Below are positions 13,876-25,569 of a DNA stretch of 64,000 bases, piece after piece. The stretch comes from Mytilus californianus (lineage: Eukaryota), in contig NW_026262712.1 of NCBI RefSeq assembly GCF_021869535.1, positions 59,396,001-59,460,000 on the forward strand, given 5' to 3'. The notes beneath the pieces are model-generated. The model did no database searches. It was not told the origin of the DNA and saw only the letters and a program-made list of their open reading frames with translations. A program made the position numbers and the translations under genes. Every line of letters begins with the position of its first letter. Position 1 is the first letter of the stretch.

Positions 13876-14429
13876 GAATGTGCTGCCTTGGAGCCTTTAT
13901 ATCAGGAGACTGAATTAACGAGAGCTTCTAAACACCACCTAGGCCGCCTTTGTGCACTAAGCTCCTTTAAATGGGCCAAGCCCATGATGGGATAGTTTTA
14001 TGAATAAAAAAAAAAAACGTACCGTCAAATGTAGTTTTTCCACAAGATATTATATTATCTGATGTTGTTTGTCAAACAAATCAATCAACAAAGAAGCATG
14101 GAAATTGAGCACTTGTATAACACTTGTACATAAGTTTAATAATGACAACTATCCATTTTGTTATAAAAAACAAATGCAGATTTTTTAATTTGAGGTTTCA
14201 TATGACTTTAAGATCAATACCTTTTGATCTCTTCTAATTACGAAAACACAAGAATTATTTTTTTTTAGTTTGAAGTTATTTCTTAAAGGTTTATTGGTTC
14301 AATTAACAAGGTGATTAGACATTACACAAGAAGAGCGCGTGCCACATTAAAATAATAACATATTTTTAAATTTTAAATAAGGAATCGTTTTGAAACTAAT
14401 TTTTTATTAAGTTTTTGAAAAAGGTCATA

Positions 14430-14900
14430 TTAATAGAAATTAGTTAAAAAGTCAAAGTTCAAAGTCATAAAGAAGTGTTCCGTGTAGAAATGTTTTCGAA
14501 AGTCTAGTTTGTTCATAATTTCTCTATGTAAAACGGTTTTGTAAACTTCTTTAAATAAATTCGGATCTTCCCTCATCTGATCACCAGCATGGCTGAAGAA
14601 ATTGTTCCCAGATGTAGTGTGAGGTGACACGTCCAGGTATTCAAGCGATTTCCTGTCGGACTTTAAAACTCTTATTACAAAATTACATAAAGCAAGTTGG
14701 TGCATCACTTGACCTCTGAGGGTATTGATCAGTGTACACGGCCGATAACTTGTAACTTTCCATTTTGAAAATATTAGGTGTAATATACATCTTTGTCTTG
14801 CGTGTCCGATAGTGATATACTATAGTCATTACTTATACGCTTGTTTATAAATAACGTTTCTGGTGTTAAGAATGATATTTATGAAAATCTTAATAATTCT
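14430..14900 (-). pseudogene. Decayed coding fragment resembling the C-terminal Mab-21 (cGAS-like receptor) domain
   Basis: Minus strand *ISFLTPETLF, then (frameshift) GHARQRCILHLIFSKWKVTSY...RVLKSDRKSLEYLDVSPHTTSGNNFF. This recalls the Mab-21 motifs WRxSFSxxE, RKxCL, LxSYxLKT and LxxxxxPHYFxxxxNLF. Motif recognition by eye only. Confidence 0.35.
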
Positions 14901-16020
14901 CCAAAAAAGATCTGATAAAGATAAAAATCTTTTTACATATTTTCCAAGGGTATATACTCTTTGTCAATAGATATGGACATTTGAAACATACACATTATAA
15001 ATGATTTCACAAAATGTACGCACTTGTCGATCATTGGTTTATACGCCTTGAAAGAATGTTATGGAACTATAATAATAATAGATAGTCTCAATTTAGAATA
15101 TATACATGTATATACATATTGAATATACGAGAGAAACATTCAAAACCAATCTGATTTAAAAACAGGTCGAAGTATTACTCGCTTTAATTTGGTTCGTCGA
15201 AGTTATGGACAAAGTAAAATTACAGGTTTATCTTTCGGTTAGATTATTTCGCAGAGTTTAAGAAATTCGTCATCATCACAATTGTTGGGTATAATCAGAG
15301 ACATATGTCTAATGTATAATAATGTGAACATGGTTCTAATAGTACCTTATGTCAATTTTCCTGTTCCGACATGCATGTTATATATATGCCACTGGACGTA
15401 CATTAATGATCCCCAAAAAGAATTTCTGAATAATATGATTTATGATAGTTTGTATGAGTGTAACCATTGTAACCAATGTAACCATTATGTCAATGGGGGT
15501 TACAAAACAAGGTAACTCAATTATGGTGCAAATTTTGTGCCTTATATACCTTTTCTGCTCTCTGGTCGGATTGTTGTCGGACACATTTTCTATTTCCATT
15601 CTCCATTTTATTCAATTGGTTGCATGCATTTTTGTTTTATCTCTCTCTGATGTTTTCGCAGAATTAATCTAAATATTTTAAAGAAGACATTTAACTCTTT
15701 CTTCTAAAACTTTAAGCATTAAAACCTAATTGCATGAAATTGAATTAGTATGTTATTATCAGTTTTATCACTTTTTCGGATGAACTTTATAATATTGACC
15801 CAGGAAATGATTTTTGACAGAATTTTATAAATTGTAGAATCGTTCTTTTTATCGACACATTAATTGATTATTTGCTTCCGTAAAATACTATTTTTCGCGA
15901 CGTCAAACTGTGAAATATCGGGAAAAAATGCATCTTTTCGAGATTTAACCATTAGCTTAAAAACGAGAACATGGACCCCCTCATTTTAAAAATGGCGTTC
16001 GGCATGATACTGTATGAAGA

Positions 16021-16915
16021 CAGAGACATATAATACAATTCGGCGTTTTACGTTTCCGCATTTTGGCACTACGTTTCCGCATTAAAATTCTTACGTTTCC
16101 GCATTTTTATAGTACTCTTTTCCGCATTGTTTTTACATTGATTTTATTAAAGGTTATTTACGTTTCCGCATTTAAATTTTTAATGTATCCCCCCCACCCC
16201 CCCCCCCCCCACCCCCCCCCCCCCCCCCCTTTACTCACCAACTGGGTGGAAGTAGGACTTCGAGCAGGATAAGTCTTTATGACTTAAATTAAACTACAAA
16301 TGTATCAACTTAAAATGATAAAAATCACACATGGTCATATATCAATTAAAAGTCAATGTTCAGCACTAAAAGTTTATATATATTTTAAGCGTCAGTATAC
16401 TATTATACAGTACATGTAGCACAGTTTAAAGCGGTAAACTTGTAGCAAACTGACTTTATAAAGTCTAACCTCGCATTCTATTCTCTACCATCCTTGACAA
16501 ACTGTTCGGATACGAATTCAGCACGTTTGCGATCATTTTTACGAACTGATGCTATTGCTGATAAAGACCGAATTTTGATGTAAGTTGTTGTTTGGATCTT
16601 CTGCAAAACGTCCATAAAAATAAATATAATTGTGTGACATGGATAGAACTGGGAGAAACGATTCCGGCCCAGTTGTGGTTCTTTTGGTATCTGTGTCGGG
16701 AGGAGATGACCATATTTGATAATAAAGTCTCATACCGATATATCATTATTACCATTTTTTACAGGTGAAATACAGGTAAAAATGCTGAAAAGTGTACTTT
16801 CCGAAAATCTATTTATTTCGGAAAAGTAATGCACGAAAATGTGGAAACGTGAACTGGATTTTTGCTAAAAATGCGGAAACGATATACACCCATACAATTA
16901 CTATATATGTCTCTG
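16021..16915. mobile_element. MITE with CAGAGACATATA TIRs and 7-bp TSD (P-element-like)
   Basis: atgaaga|cagagacatata ... tatatgtctctg|atgaaga, with subterminal ACGTTTCCGCATT repeats (several at left, inverted at right). Confidence 0.8.
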
Positions 16916-17689
16916 ATGAAGATTATTCGTTCCAACTTTTATGAAGAAATAACCGACTTTTTTCAACTAGATAAATAAACAACAAAAATGCCGGGTTTTT
17001 TTTCTTCTAAAATCAATTTCTTTCTTTAACAAAAAGGATTTTTGATAAGGATTGTTACACAAATGTAGAGCCCAATTTTGTAACGAAGATATTCCTTATC
17101 TCTTTACCGAAAGCCGCATATGTTTATCTTTTGAAACAAAATTTAAGGAGACAGAAATGTTTAAGAAACCGAAATTTTTAGTAAATGTCGAAAACTTCAA
17201 ACCCGCTTATCTTTAAAATTCAACACATGAAGATATAGATATAGTTTTTATTTCATATTCAAGTTGATTTTGTAAAAATTAGCTTGTATGTGAACTTTCA
17301 TAAAAAAAAACACTGTGTTGTTGGTCGTTTGCCCATAATTGCCCTAAAGCTAAATGTCATCGTCAGATTGTGAGGGTCTGAATCGGGATTCATTATTTCT
17401 GTATTCTATCATTTTAGGCAATTTTTTCTATTCGTTATACCTTTTGCCGATCATTCTTTATTCCATGTATTCTAGAACCTCATCATTTTCTTTTCTATGT
17501 ATTTGTCTGGTTATTTTCTGTTTTCTTTATTCTTTTGTCAATAATTTTCATCCACAACGTCATGTATAATGGAAGACGATAAACATTTTAGTATACATAC
17601 CACCCGTTGTCAATTCTCCCCTGATATACAAACCACATGTAGTTATTTCTCACTTGGACACAGGACTTATATATATATATATATATATA

Positions 17690-17795
17690 TACAACTCGCC
17701 TAAACATCAACCCAACAATGTTAGATCTATAAATTTGCTTTCGCAAATTTTTTGTTCTTCCCTCGCCGGGATTCGAACCCATGCTACTGAGATAT
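17690..17795 (-). mobile_element. tRNA-derived SINE fragment next to a (TA)n tract
   Basis: B box GGGTTCGAATCCC on the minus strand (~17768-17780). Body shared with 4270-4350. Confidence 0.65.
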
Positions 17796-18086
17796 CGTGA
17801 TATATATTTTACGTAATAGTAACGAATGTAATTTTATCGCACTGGCTTGTTAAATATATATTGATCTGACAACAAGAATACATTTGTTTATCATAATTTT
17901 TTACTTTATCTAAAATTAAGAATGGAAACGGGGAATATGTAATTGTAAAAGAGACAACAACATGAAAACAGAAGGCCACCAATTATATTTGATCATGTTT
18001 TAGTTTCGAAAAAGGCATCAACCATCGTATTTTCAAAAAATCTCTACAAGGATGATCAAAGTTTTAACTACCTTTAATACAGACTG

Positions 18087-19737
18087 AGCCCTCGCACGGT
18101 CGGTCTCTAAAATTTGCCGAATTTAAGAAACTTTATCAAGAGATAGGCTTTACCTAGCTTTAGGCCCCGGGTTTTAAAAAATATCCATTTAGGAACCAAA
18201 GTGTGGCTTCTTTATATTTAATGTTGTCGATGAGAACAATTACACAAAGTGCAACATGCGAGAAGAGGTTTCATTTTCGCTTACATTTTTTTTATTGAAG
18301 TGACTAATCTTTTGAGGTTACGTCACGGAAATATATTTCAAATGAAAAGGTGCAATTGGATGCATCCCTAAAAAAAAATAAAAAAAATATATATAGAGAT
18401 AAAATTGCGGCTATTCGTCAATCAGACAGCAATCCTACATAAAAACAAGTAGGTTATCTGACATATAGAATAAAAGGTTAACTTTAAGCATAACCCGCGC
18501 TGATATCAACTTTCTAAGTTCTGAGTAAAATTCAACATACATGTAGGACTCTGAAACGTAAAATCTACGAAAGTTGTTTTTTTTTACGTACGATACACGG
18601 AGAGTGCCATTCCCTAAATACATACGGGTCCACAAACTATTATAATGTAAGGGTAAATGAGGATCTCATTAGAGGAACAAAGTAAAGATGCATGCTGAAG
18701 GAAGAATAATTTCCACACGAAGAACATCAAAAAGGACGATCTCTCAATTAGTATGCAACTGTAACTAATACATCCATATACATTAACACTAGTTAATGCT
18801 TTATATACTGACATTGAAACAAATACACTGCTCATATAAAATTTGGCATTACTTTCCCGGGAAAAAGAATACGTTTCCACAATTAAAGTCTACGCTTCCG
18901 GAAATAAATACCTTACTTTTCCGAGAAAATAGTACAATTCCGGTATGTTCAGGCAAAAGTAGTAATATCTTTTAAAGTCAAATCCTAAGGAAAGGATGCA
19001 CACAAGAGCTAACTGTACACATTCTGGTATGTTGTGTGGTTGAGTTGCTGTCTCTTTTACGTCTTTATCACATCTTCTCTTCGTATATGTACGCGACTTT
19101 GATATCGTCATGCATGGACACAATACTTCACTACATTTCCATTTTCGTATTTTGACATGATTAATATACAAATAAGAAGATGTGGTATAATTGACAAATT
19201 CGAGTATTTATACTACATAACATAGGTGATGTCATGATCACAAAACTTCCAATAATTTTGACATTGATCATTAGTTATATTTTACTATTTTGTAAATTTG
19301 AGTTATTGACAAACAATCGCAGGTCTTTATTTGTAGCACGTTCCTTCGTTCACGTTGCCGCAAAAAGAAAAAGAGTTTTCTTCTCGCACTTTAACAGCCC
19401 TTTCTCGCAATTATTTTCAAGACAATTTCATATAACACATGATGAAATCCCGACCAATGAAATTTTTTTGAATATTAAACGTGGCCTACGAGAGCACCTA
19501 GATTAAACTTGGGAAGTTAGAATAGCCAATTATTTTTTTATCTAGTAATTACCGCTAAAATATGCATTACCGCTAAAATATGCCTTACACAATTATATGA
19601 CAGAAACATTTTATCCGACGTGCTTTACAATGTTTAAGTTACCTTTTGGTCTTAAAAAAGTTTTTGAATGCCGCAAATATAAAAATAAGGTTTTTTTCAA
19701 ATTTTCCTTTTGGGCCAGGGCCGACCGTGCGAGGGCT
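18087..19737. mobile_element. Non-autonomous TIR element, PIF/Harbinger-like termini
   Basis: agccctcgcacggtcgg at 18087 and ccgaccgtgcgagggct ending at 19737. The right flank is TAA; the left flank does not match. Confidence 0.6.
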
Positions 19738-20545
19738 TAATAGCCAGTCCAGTTCGTCAAATGTTCATTTCTTGCAAGAATTATTTTACATACGGACATA
19801 ACGATAATCCCTTCGTAAACCCACTTCAAATTTCATTTGTCGTTTGCTGCTTTTACACAAATAACACACATTTTTAACCAGTGACCGGTATTACAATTTT
19901 ACACAGGTTTAAAAGTTCATTGAGCTGTTACTTTAATTACAAGTTTTAGCAAGATGAAACTGTTTACTAAATGAATTCAACAAATGTCAAGCTCATCTAG
20001 ATTAATTTTATTATTTAACAAAAAAATGTTTTTAATTACAAGCTATTTTAAATGTCAGTATAAATGTTAATGTTTTTTTCTTACCGAAAATATAATATGC
20101 ATCTATTAAAACTTATTGTCTGTTGATTAAAAAAAACATCTTTCACTTCTAGGTTTGTAATGAGCACAATAACGACCTTCTTATTATCTGGTTTTTATTT
20201 TTTCGCAGATATATTTAAAAGACCACACCTTACTTACATGCCTCGAGTTTTCATATTAGTAAGCAATATTGAAAACGAATAATTTGATATAAAGAGCTAT
20301 TTTATTTTTAACAGATTAACACTTTGTACTTTTTAAATCGTGCATCAATATTTATAAATTTAGTTATATATCTATTGTTCATTTTTTTATCTTAATTGTG
20401 AAGCATATTTATATATTCAGATTCAATTTTTTTTATTAAAGTCTCACCACTTGTATAACATTATACATTCCAATATACATATAAAACATTACGTATAACA
20501 TAAATATTGGAAAACATATATAAAACTAACAACAGTAAAATACCT

Positions 20546-20899
20546 TAAATCGATAACGCTCGGAGCGGATTAATGATAGATACACGAGGATGCTGTTCTG
20601 CTTGAGTGATTTACCTTACAAAAAGGCGGACACTTTAAAGTTTAAAAGGACTTAACATCAGTTTGATTCCGTTTAACGGGGGCGTGGCTAATTAGTTTGA
20701 CGCAGTTTAACCACATCTCAAATAAACTTGAATGACCGCAAGGGAAACTATTTGACTGGTATTAAAATTATTTGATATGGATTGAAATGCATTAAAAATA
20801 ATTTTTAATTTTTGTCAATCTTTATTCAATTTTCATTAATCTTTTTTAAATGCCGTTAATGCGTTTTTGTCCGTTCAAGCTAAATTCGAGTTACTAGTG
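20546..20899 (-). repeat. Right arm of long inverted repeat
   Basis: Reverse complement of 7432-7786. Confidence 0.9.
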
Positions 20900-20904
20900 G
20901 TTCC

Positions 20905-21019
20905 TAAGTTATATAGATACAATGGATAAGCGTGGATTCTTGAAAAAGAAACCATGAGCCCGGAGGGCGAATGGTTTGTTTTTCATGAATCTACGCTTAT
21001 CCATTGTATCTATAACTTA
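20905..21019. repeat. Foldback hairpin element (~48-bp arms, GC-rich loop)
   Basis: tagatacaatggataagcgtggattcttgaaaaagaaacca pairs with tggtttgtttttcatgaatctacgcttatccattgtatcta. Loop is tgagcccggagggcgaa. Confidence 0.9.
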
Positions 21020-22654
21020 AACTATTGTGTTAATTTCTTTTCAAAATTAAAGCCTTTTCTTAATTAGAAGGTATTGTAAGTGAGTTTAAATAACCATGTT
21101 ATCATGTCCAACGATGCATTGATAAATCTTAGATCACAATCAATTAGTTAACAAAATACAAATATAACACAACGCTTCTACATTTAAAGATCTTTATATT
21201 ATTTAGAGTATAGCAAAGTGCTCTCGACCAATGAAAGTGTAGAATTTGGTGTTCGTTAATTGTGAAGAATGAATGTAAATCATGTTCTTAGTAAGGGATT
21301 ATCCTTTTGTTTAGGCCTATTTACGGTTCAAAACAAAGAATTTGTAAAAATGAGTTACAACTGCCGGAAGCACATTTATTAGGATTATTGATTTAAAGTT
21401 GAATTTTGAAACCAACAAAAATTATCAAAATAAGTTTGAAGTTTACTTGTGCAGTACAATTGATACCGTTTGTGTTATCATGTGAATACTTAGAACTTTC
21501 AAATAACAAAAAAATAAGCAATATCAAGAAGAAAAAGAAAAAAACTTTTAAAATCAAATATAACCTAAATCTTTAGCTACATGTATTACGCTTATCAAAA
21601 GTCAGATAACTGTATTCGCAGTTAGTAAGAATAGTCATTTCCAAAATACCGGTACATACAGGAAATTGAATTTATTTTTAATTTCCTATAAAAAGCAATT
21701 CCTTTCAAAATTTAAAATTTAGTTTATTAAGTAGTATTTAATGGAAAGAGCTGGAATAAAATTAGCTGTGGAATACAATTTAGTTGTAACTCTGATTTTG
21801 AATTTATCTAATTGAACTGTAGATAAACAAAAAGATAATTCCTCACTAAAATATTACATAATTTACACTCATACTCACAATTAGGAAACTTATACAATTT
21901 CTACAATTTCATTGTAACGTTGTGTCATCTAATGTCTAAAACACAATTTATTAAAATTTCCCAAACTAAAAGTAAGTCCTTACATCACTAAGACCAATAC
22001 ATAAATGAAATGCCTAAAGGGAAGTCATCCATTAATTATAAACATTTCACGGACAATGAAACACATTCTGGAATAAAACCAATCAAGAGATCATTTTAGC
22101 CTTGAGCACTTTACAATATTCTAAGTTTGTAAGAGAATGATAATCCCTTTCATCATGTTAAGTACTCGCTAACGCTCGTACTTAATCATGAAGAAAGGGA
22201 TTATCATTCTCTTACATATACCAGGAATCTGAATATTATCTGTTTTTATAAAATAAGACATATCTAATAAAATTGAGGATGGAAATGGGGAATGTGTCAA
22301 AGAGACAATAACTCGACCAAAGAGCATATATAAAGTATACATAATGAGTATGTTACCGAAATTTCTAGCAAGAAGCCCTAATTTTAGGCACATCACGATT
22401 TTCTCGCATAGGAATTTGCTAACAAACATTTGTAAAATTATATAGTAAAACAGATGAAATCATACTATATTTATAAAACAAAAATGGACAAATAGAATGT
22501 AATCATTTTCTTTTCAAATATGTGAAACAGCCAATAAAAGTCCACAAATAAACGGTAAAACTCGCTAGTGTTACAAAAATATCCACAATAACATACAAAA
22601 CAAGAAGAAAAAAAACAACCGGAAAACTAAAGAATAGGGACAACAAAGAAAATA

Positions 22655-22930
22655 GAGGGATTCGAACCTAAACCGACAAGTCCCTATCTTTAACTCATTG
22701 ATCTTAACCATGCTAACCTCGCGGCTACCAACTTACACTATACAATTGCCTATTATTTATATATAAAGGTACAAGCCCTGTGTGTCCGTTGTACCCGATG
22801 TGTATGACATGTTCATTTATATATACAAAATAGACATCTAAATTGTAACCCATTGGTAGCCGAGAGGTTTCATCGATATGTTGATGACAGTCAGACATAA
22901 CAGATTTTAAGGACGCGTTCGATTCCCAGT
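22655..22930. other. Two divergent tRNA-like Pol III promoter heads (SINE-like)
   Basis: Minus strand: A box TAGCCGCGAGG (22717-22727) and B box GGTTCGAATCC (22658-22668). Plus strand: TAGCCGAGAGG (22857-22867) and CGTTCGATTCC (~22916-22926). Confidence 0.5.
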
Positions 22931-24533
22931 GTAGGCATATAGAAATTACAAAAATTGAAGGTAAGTTTTTAAATTAATTCCATTAGGGGATAGAAATCAG
23001 TAAATTAGCCAATTCAAACTTAATGAAATTAGGCACACAAAGGAAACAATTCAATATAATTTGGTGAGTCCATTTCAGCGACAGATTAAGGAAGCGTTGA
23101 TTCTAGAAAAACAATCCACGGTAAATGAATAGGCTGACGTCACGACAATGGTTTAACAAATGTTAACCAAGAAAGCGCTTTAGGTGAATCAAAGTTATGA
23201 AGTATTATTTTCATTTTAGACTTGGTATATCCTCTGTCTGACAGTTTATTTCGTAACCTTAACATAACGGAGGGATGTCTTTTCATTTTTTGGCGTATGA
23301 CAAAAAATATATAACCCGGTCACGTTATTTAATATTAACATTACTTTACTTCCAGTCAGCTTGGCAAACGAAGAAATGTAAGTAGAGCCGTTTCGTTTGA
23401 TTATTCGAGTTAAAGTAGTGTAGGTCTGAAAGACTCGGTTTGTATACAGTAAATGTTATTGCAAACTATTAAAAATCAAAGAACTTGTCCCTTTGAAATA
23501 TATGCACCGGAATCATAGAAGTAACATGCATATTGTCTTGTTAGATTTATTGTATTATAGAATATAATATCTTTCTTAACATTACAAAAGCGTGATTCAT
23601 CAATATTCTTAGTTGAACATTTATTTTCAACAAATCAAATCAGGAATGCAACGCTAACATATATTTTAGAAATATTCCTTGCGACGTATAGATAAATAGC
23701 AAAATTGCAATAATTAAAATATTCTACAATTTTGCGTTAAACTAAGTATGACAATAAATGTAACAAAGCGACGAACTCGTAAAGCAACATACACCACGAT
23801 GCTGAAGAAAAGACAAAAATAACAGTCCTTAAGAATTTACACAGGAGCAAAACATTACCCACAAAAACTGGTGATGAACTAATGTGCTTCGGATGGGTAG
23901 AATGCTAATAGGTCGCAAGGCACTTATCGTCTTTCTAATTGCAATTTTATTATCAAAAGTCATTTAATAAGTGCATGTAACATATTGCTTTGGTGATTTC
24001 GAAAAAAGCAAATGTGCCAATAAGACAGCCACAAACAAACAAAAATCACACAAACAAGACAAGCTCTAAATCGATTGTAGAAAAGTTGTTGCTAAAATCA
24101 AATAAGAGGATTAAAGATCTGCTATGCGAATTTAAACTTCAAACAAAAACAAACAAACATCAAAAGATTACACAAAAAGACGATTTTCCTGACCCTTGAA
24201 GAGTATTTTTGTTACGGTTTTATTAGTTTCTTTTCAATCGATCACTTGATTTGTTTTCAAGCATTTGAATTTTAGCGTTTCTGAAAAAAGTAAACTACGA
24301 AAAAACGCGTCGGACGCATTAGATATATATATAATTGTTTTTATCCAACGCAATCATAGGTTTGAACGTTGTTTTCAATTTAGACTTGTTTATATTTTTT
24401 CGTTTGGGCTTGTATTATATTTGCCTTCGGGTTTATATGATCCGTTCATCCTATTTCGACTCTTCAAAATCCAAGAGTCTATCCTAAATTAAGGTAAATT
24501 ATATGGCCTTCCAAATACCGTTTCGATTCCTAA

Positions 24534-24575
24534 CATCACTGAAGAGAAATTAATTGTCGAAATCCGGATATGGTG
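24534..24575 (+). ncRNA. Minimal type I hammerhead ribozyme, copy 1
   Basis: CAUCA-CUGAAGA-GAAA-UUAAU-UGUC-GAAA-UCCGGA-U-A-UGGUG. Stem I is CAUCA/UGGUG, stem II has one mismatch, stem III is the palindrome AUCCGGAU. Predicted cleavage after A24570. Confidence 0.7.
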
Positions 24576-25071
24576 TACTAATTTTGGCACCTTTTGTTTG
24601 CGGTATACATCCTTTCCGCAAGTTTTTTCTTTTCTGTTTTGTATTAAATTAATAGTTAAGATCCATTTTGTAACATTTTGTGATCCGTTTATTTGGCAAT
24701 CGCAAATGGAAGTCAGCAGCGTTTAAGAACACCCATTGTTCGACCTGCTAGTCAAATGCGATTTGTTAAAATATACTTTTTCACTTTTTTGGTCTTTTGG
24801 AAAATGTTGTTTGTGCTATATTTAGACCCCTCTACCAAGAAATTTGTTTTGCATGCACACGTATAAAAATTGCGGTTTTTATTCAACGCAATCATAGGTT
24901 TGAACATTGTTTTCATTTTAGACTTGTTTATATTTTTTCGTTTGGGCTTGTATTATATTTGCCTACGGGTTTATATGATCCGTTCATCCTATTTCGACTC
25001 TTCAAAATCCAAGAGTCTATCCTAAATTGAGGTAAATTATATGGCCTTCCAAATACCGTTTCGATTCCTAA

Positions 25072-25113
25072 CATCACTGAAGAGACATTAATTGTTGAAA
25101 TCCGGATATGGTG
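25072..25113 (+). ncRNA. Minimal type I hammerhead ribozyme, copy 2
   Basis: CAUCA-CUGAAGA-GACA-UUAAU-UGUU-GAAA-UCCGGA-U-A-UGGUG. Stem II is GACA/UGUU (one G-U). Predicted cleavage after A25108, 538 nt after copy 1. Confidence 0.75.
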
Positions 25114-25462
25114 TACTAATTTTTGCACCTTTTGTTTGCGGTATACCATCCTTGCCGCAAGTTTATTGTTTTCTGTTTGGTATTACATTAATAATAAGAT
25201 CCATTTTTTACATCTTGTGATCCGTTTAATTGGCAATCGCCAATGGCAGTCAGCAGGGTTTAAGAACATCCGTTGTTCGACCTGCTAGTCAAATGCGTTT
25301 TGTTAAAATATACTTTTTCACTTTTTTGGTCTTTTGTAAAATGTTGTTTGTGCTGTATTTAGACCCCTCTACTAATAAATTTGTTTTGCATGCACACGTA
25401 TAAAAACTGCGGATTTTATCCAACGCAAACATAGGTTTGAACGTTGTTTTCAATTTAGACTT

Positions 25463-25500
<38 letters not shown>

Positions 25501-25513
25501 CTATTTGTGTAAT

Positions 25514-25569
25514 CAGCAACGATTTCAATCAAGTGTTATTTGTATAAAACTGGATTGAAATCGTTGCTG
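25514..25569. repeat. Perfect 17-bp inverted repeat with 22-nt spacer
   Basis: cagcaacgatttcaatc (25514-25530) / gattgaaatcgttgctg (25553-25569). Confidence 0.9.

Larger units (their letters stand above)
7432..20899. mobile_element. Possible non-autonomous CACTA/EnSpm-like element of 13.5 kb with ~350-bp terminal inverted repeats and 3-bp TSD (GTT)
   Basis: GTT|CACTAGTAACTCG at 7429-7444 and CGAGTTACTAGTG|GTT at 20887-20902. The two arms are ~90% identical by eye and stop at the same internal point. Confidence 0.5.
24332..25468 (+). repeat. Tandem repeat, 538-bp unit, ~2.1 copies, between TA dinucleotide runs; retrozyme/pLTR-like
   Basis: Unit marker at(c/t)caacgca at 24343, 24881 and 25418. 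(TA)5 lies at the left and a long (TA)n at the right. Each full unit has a hammerhead motif. Confidence 0.9.

Noticed and set aside
16063-16272. Polyproline ORF and poly-C tracts (also 9870-9915)
   Set aside because: Homopolymer runs. G-quadruplex potential on the minus strand is possible, but nothing else supports function.
22655-22930. Functional tRNA genes (also 4330-4375, 17760-17795, 58915-58975)
   Set aside because: A and B boxes are present but no complete cloverleaf; these are SINE-like heads.
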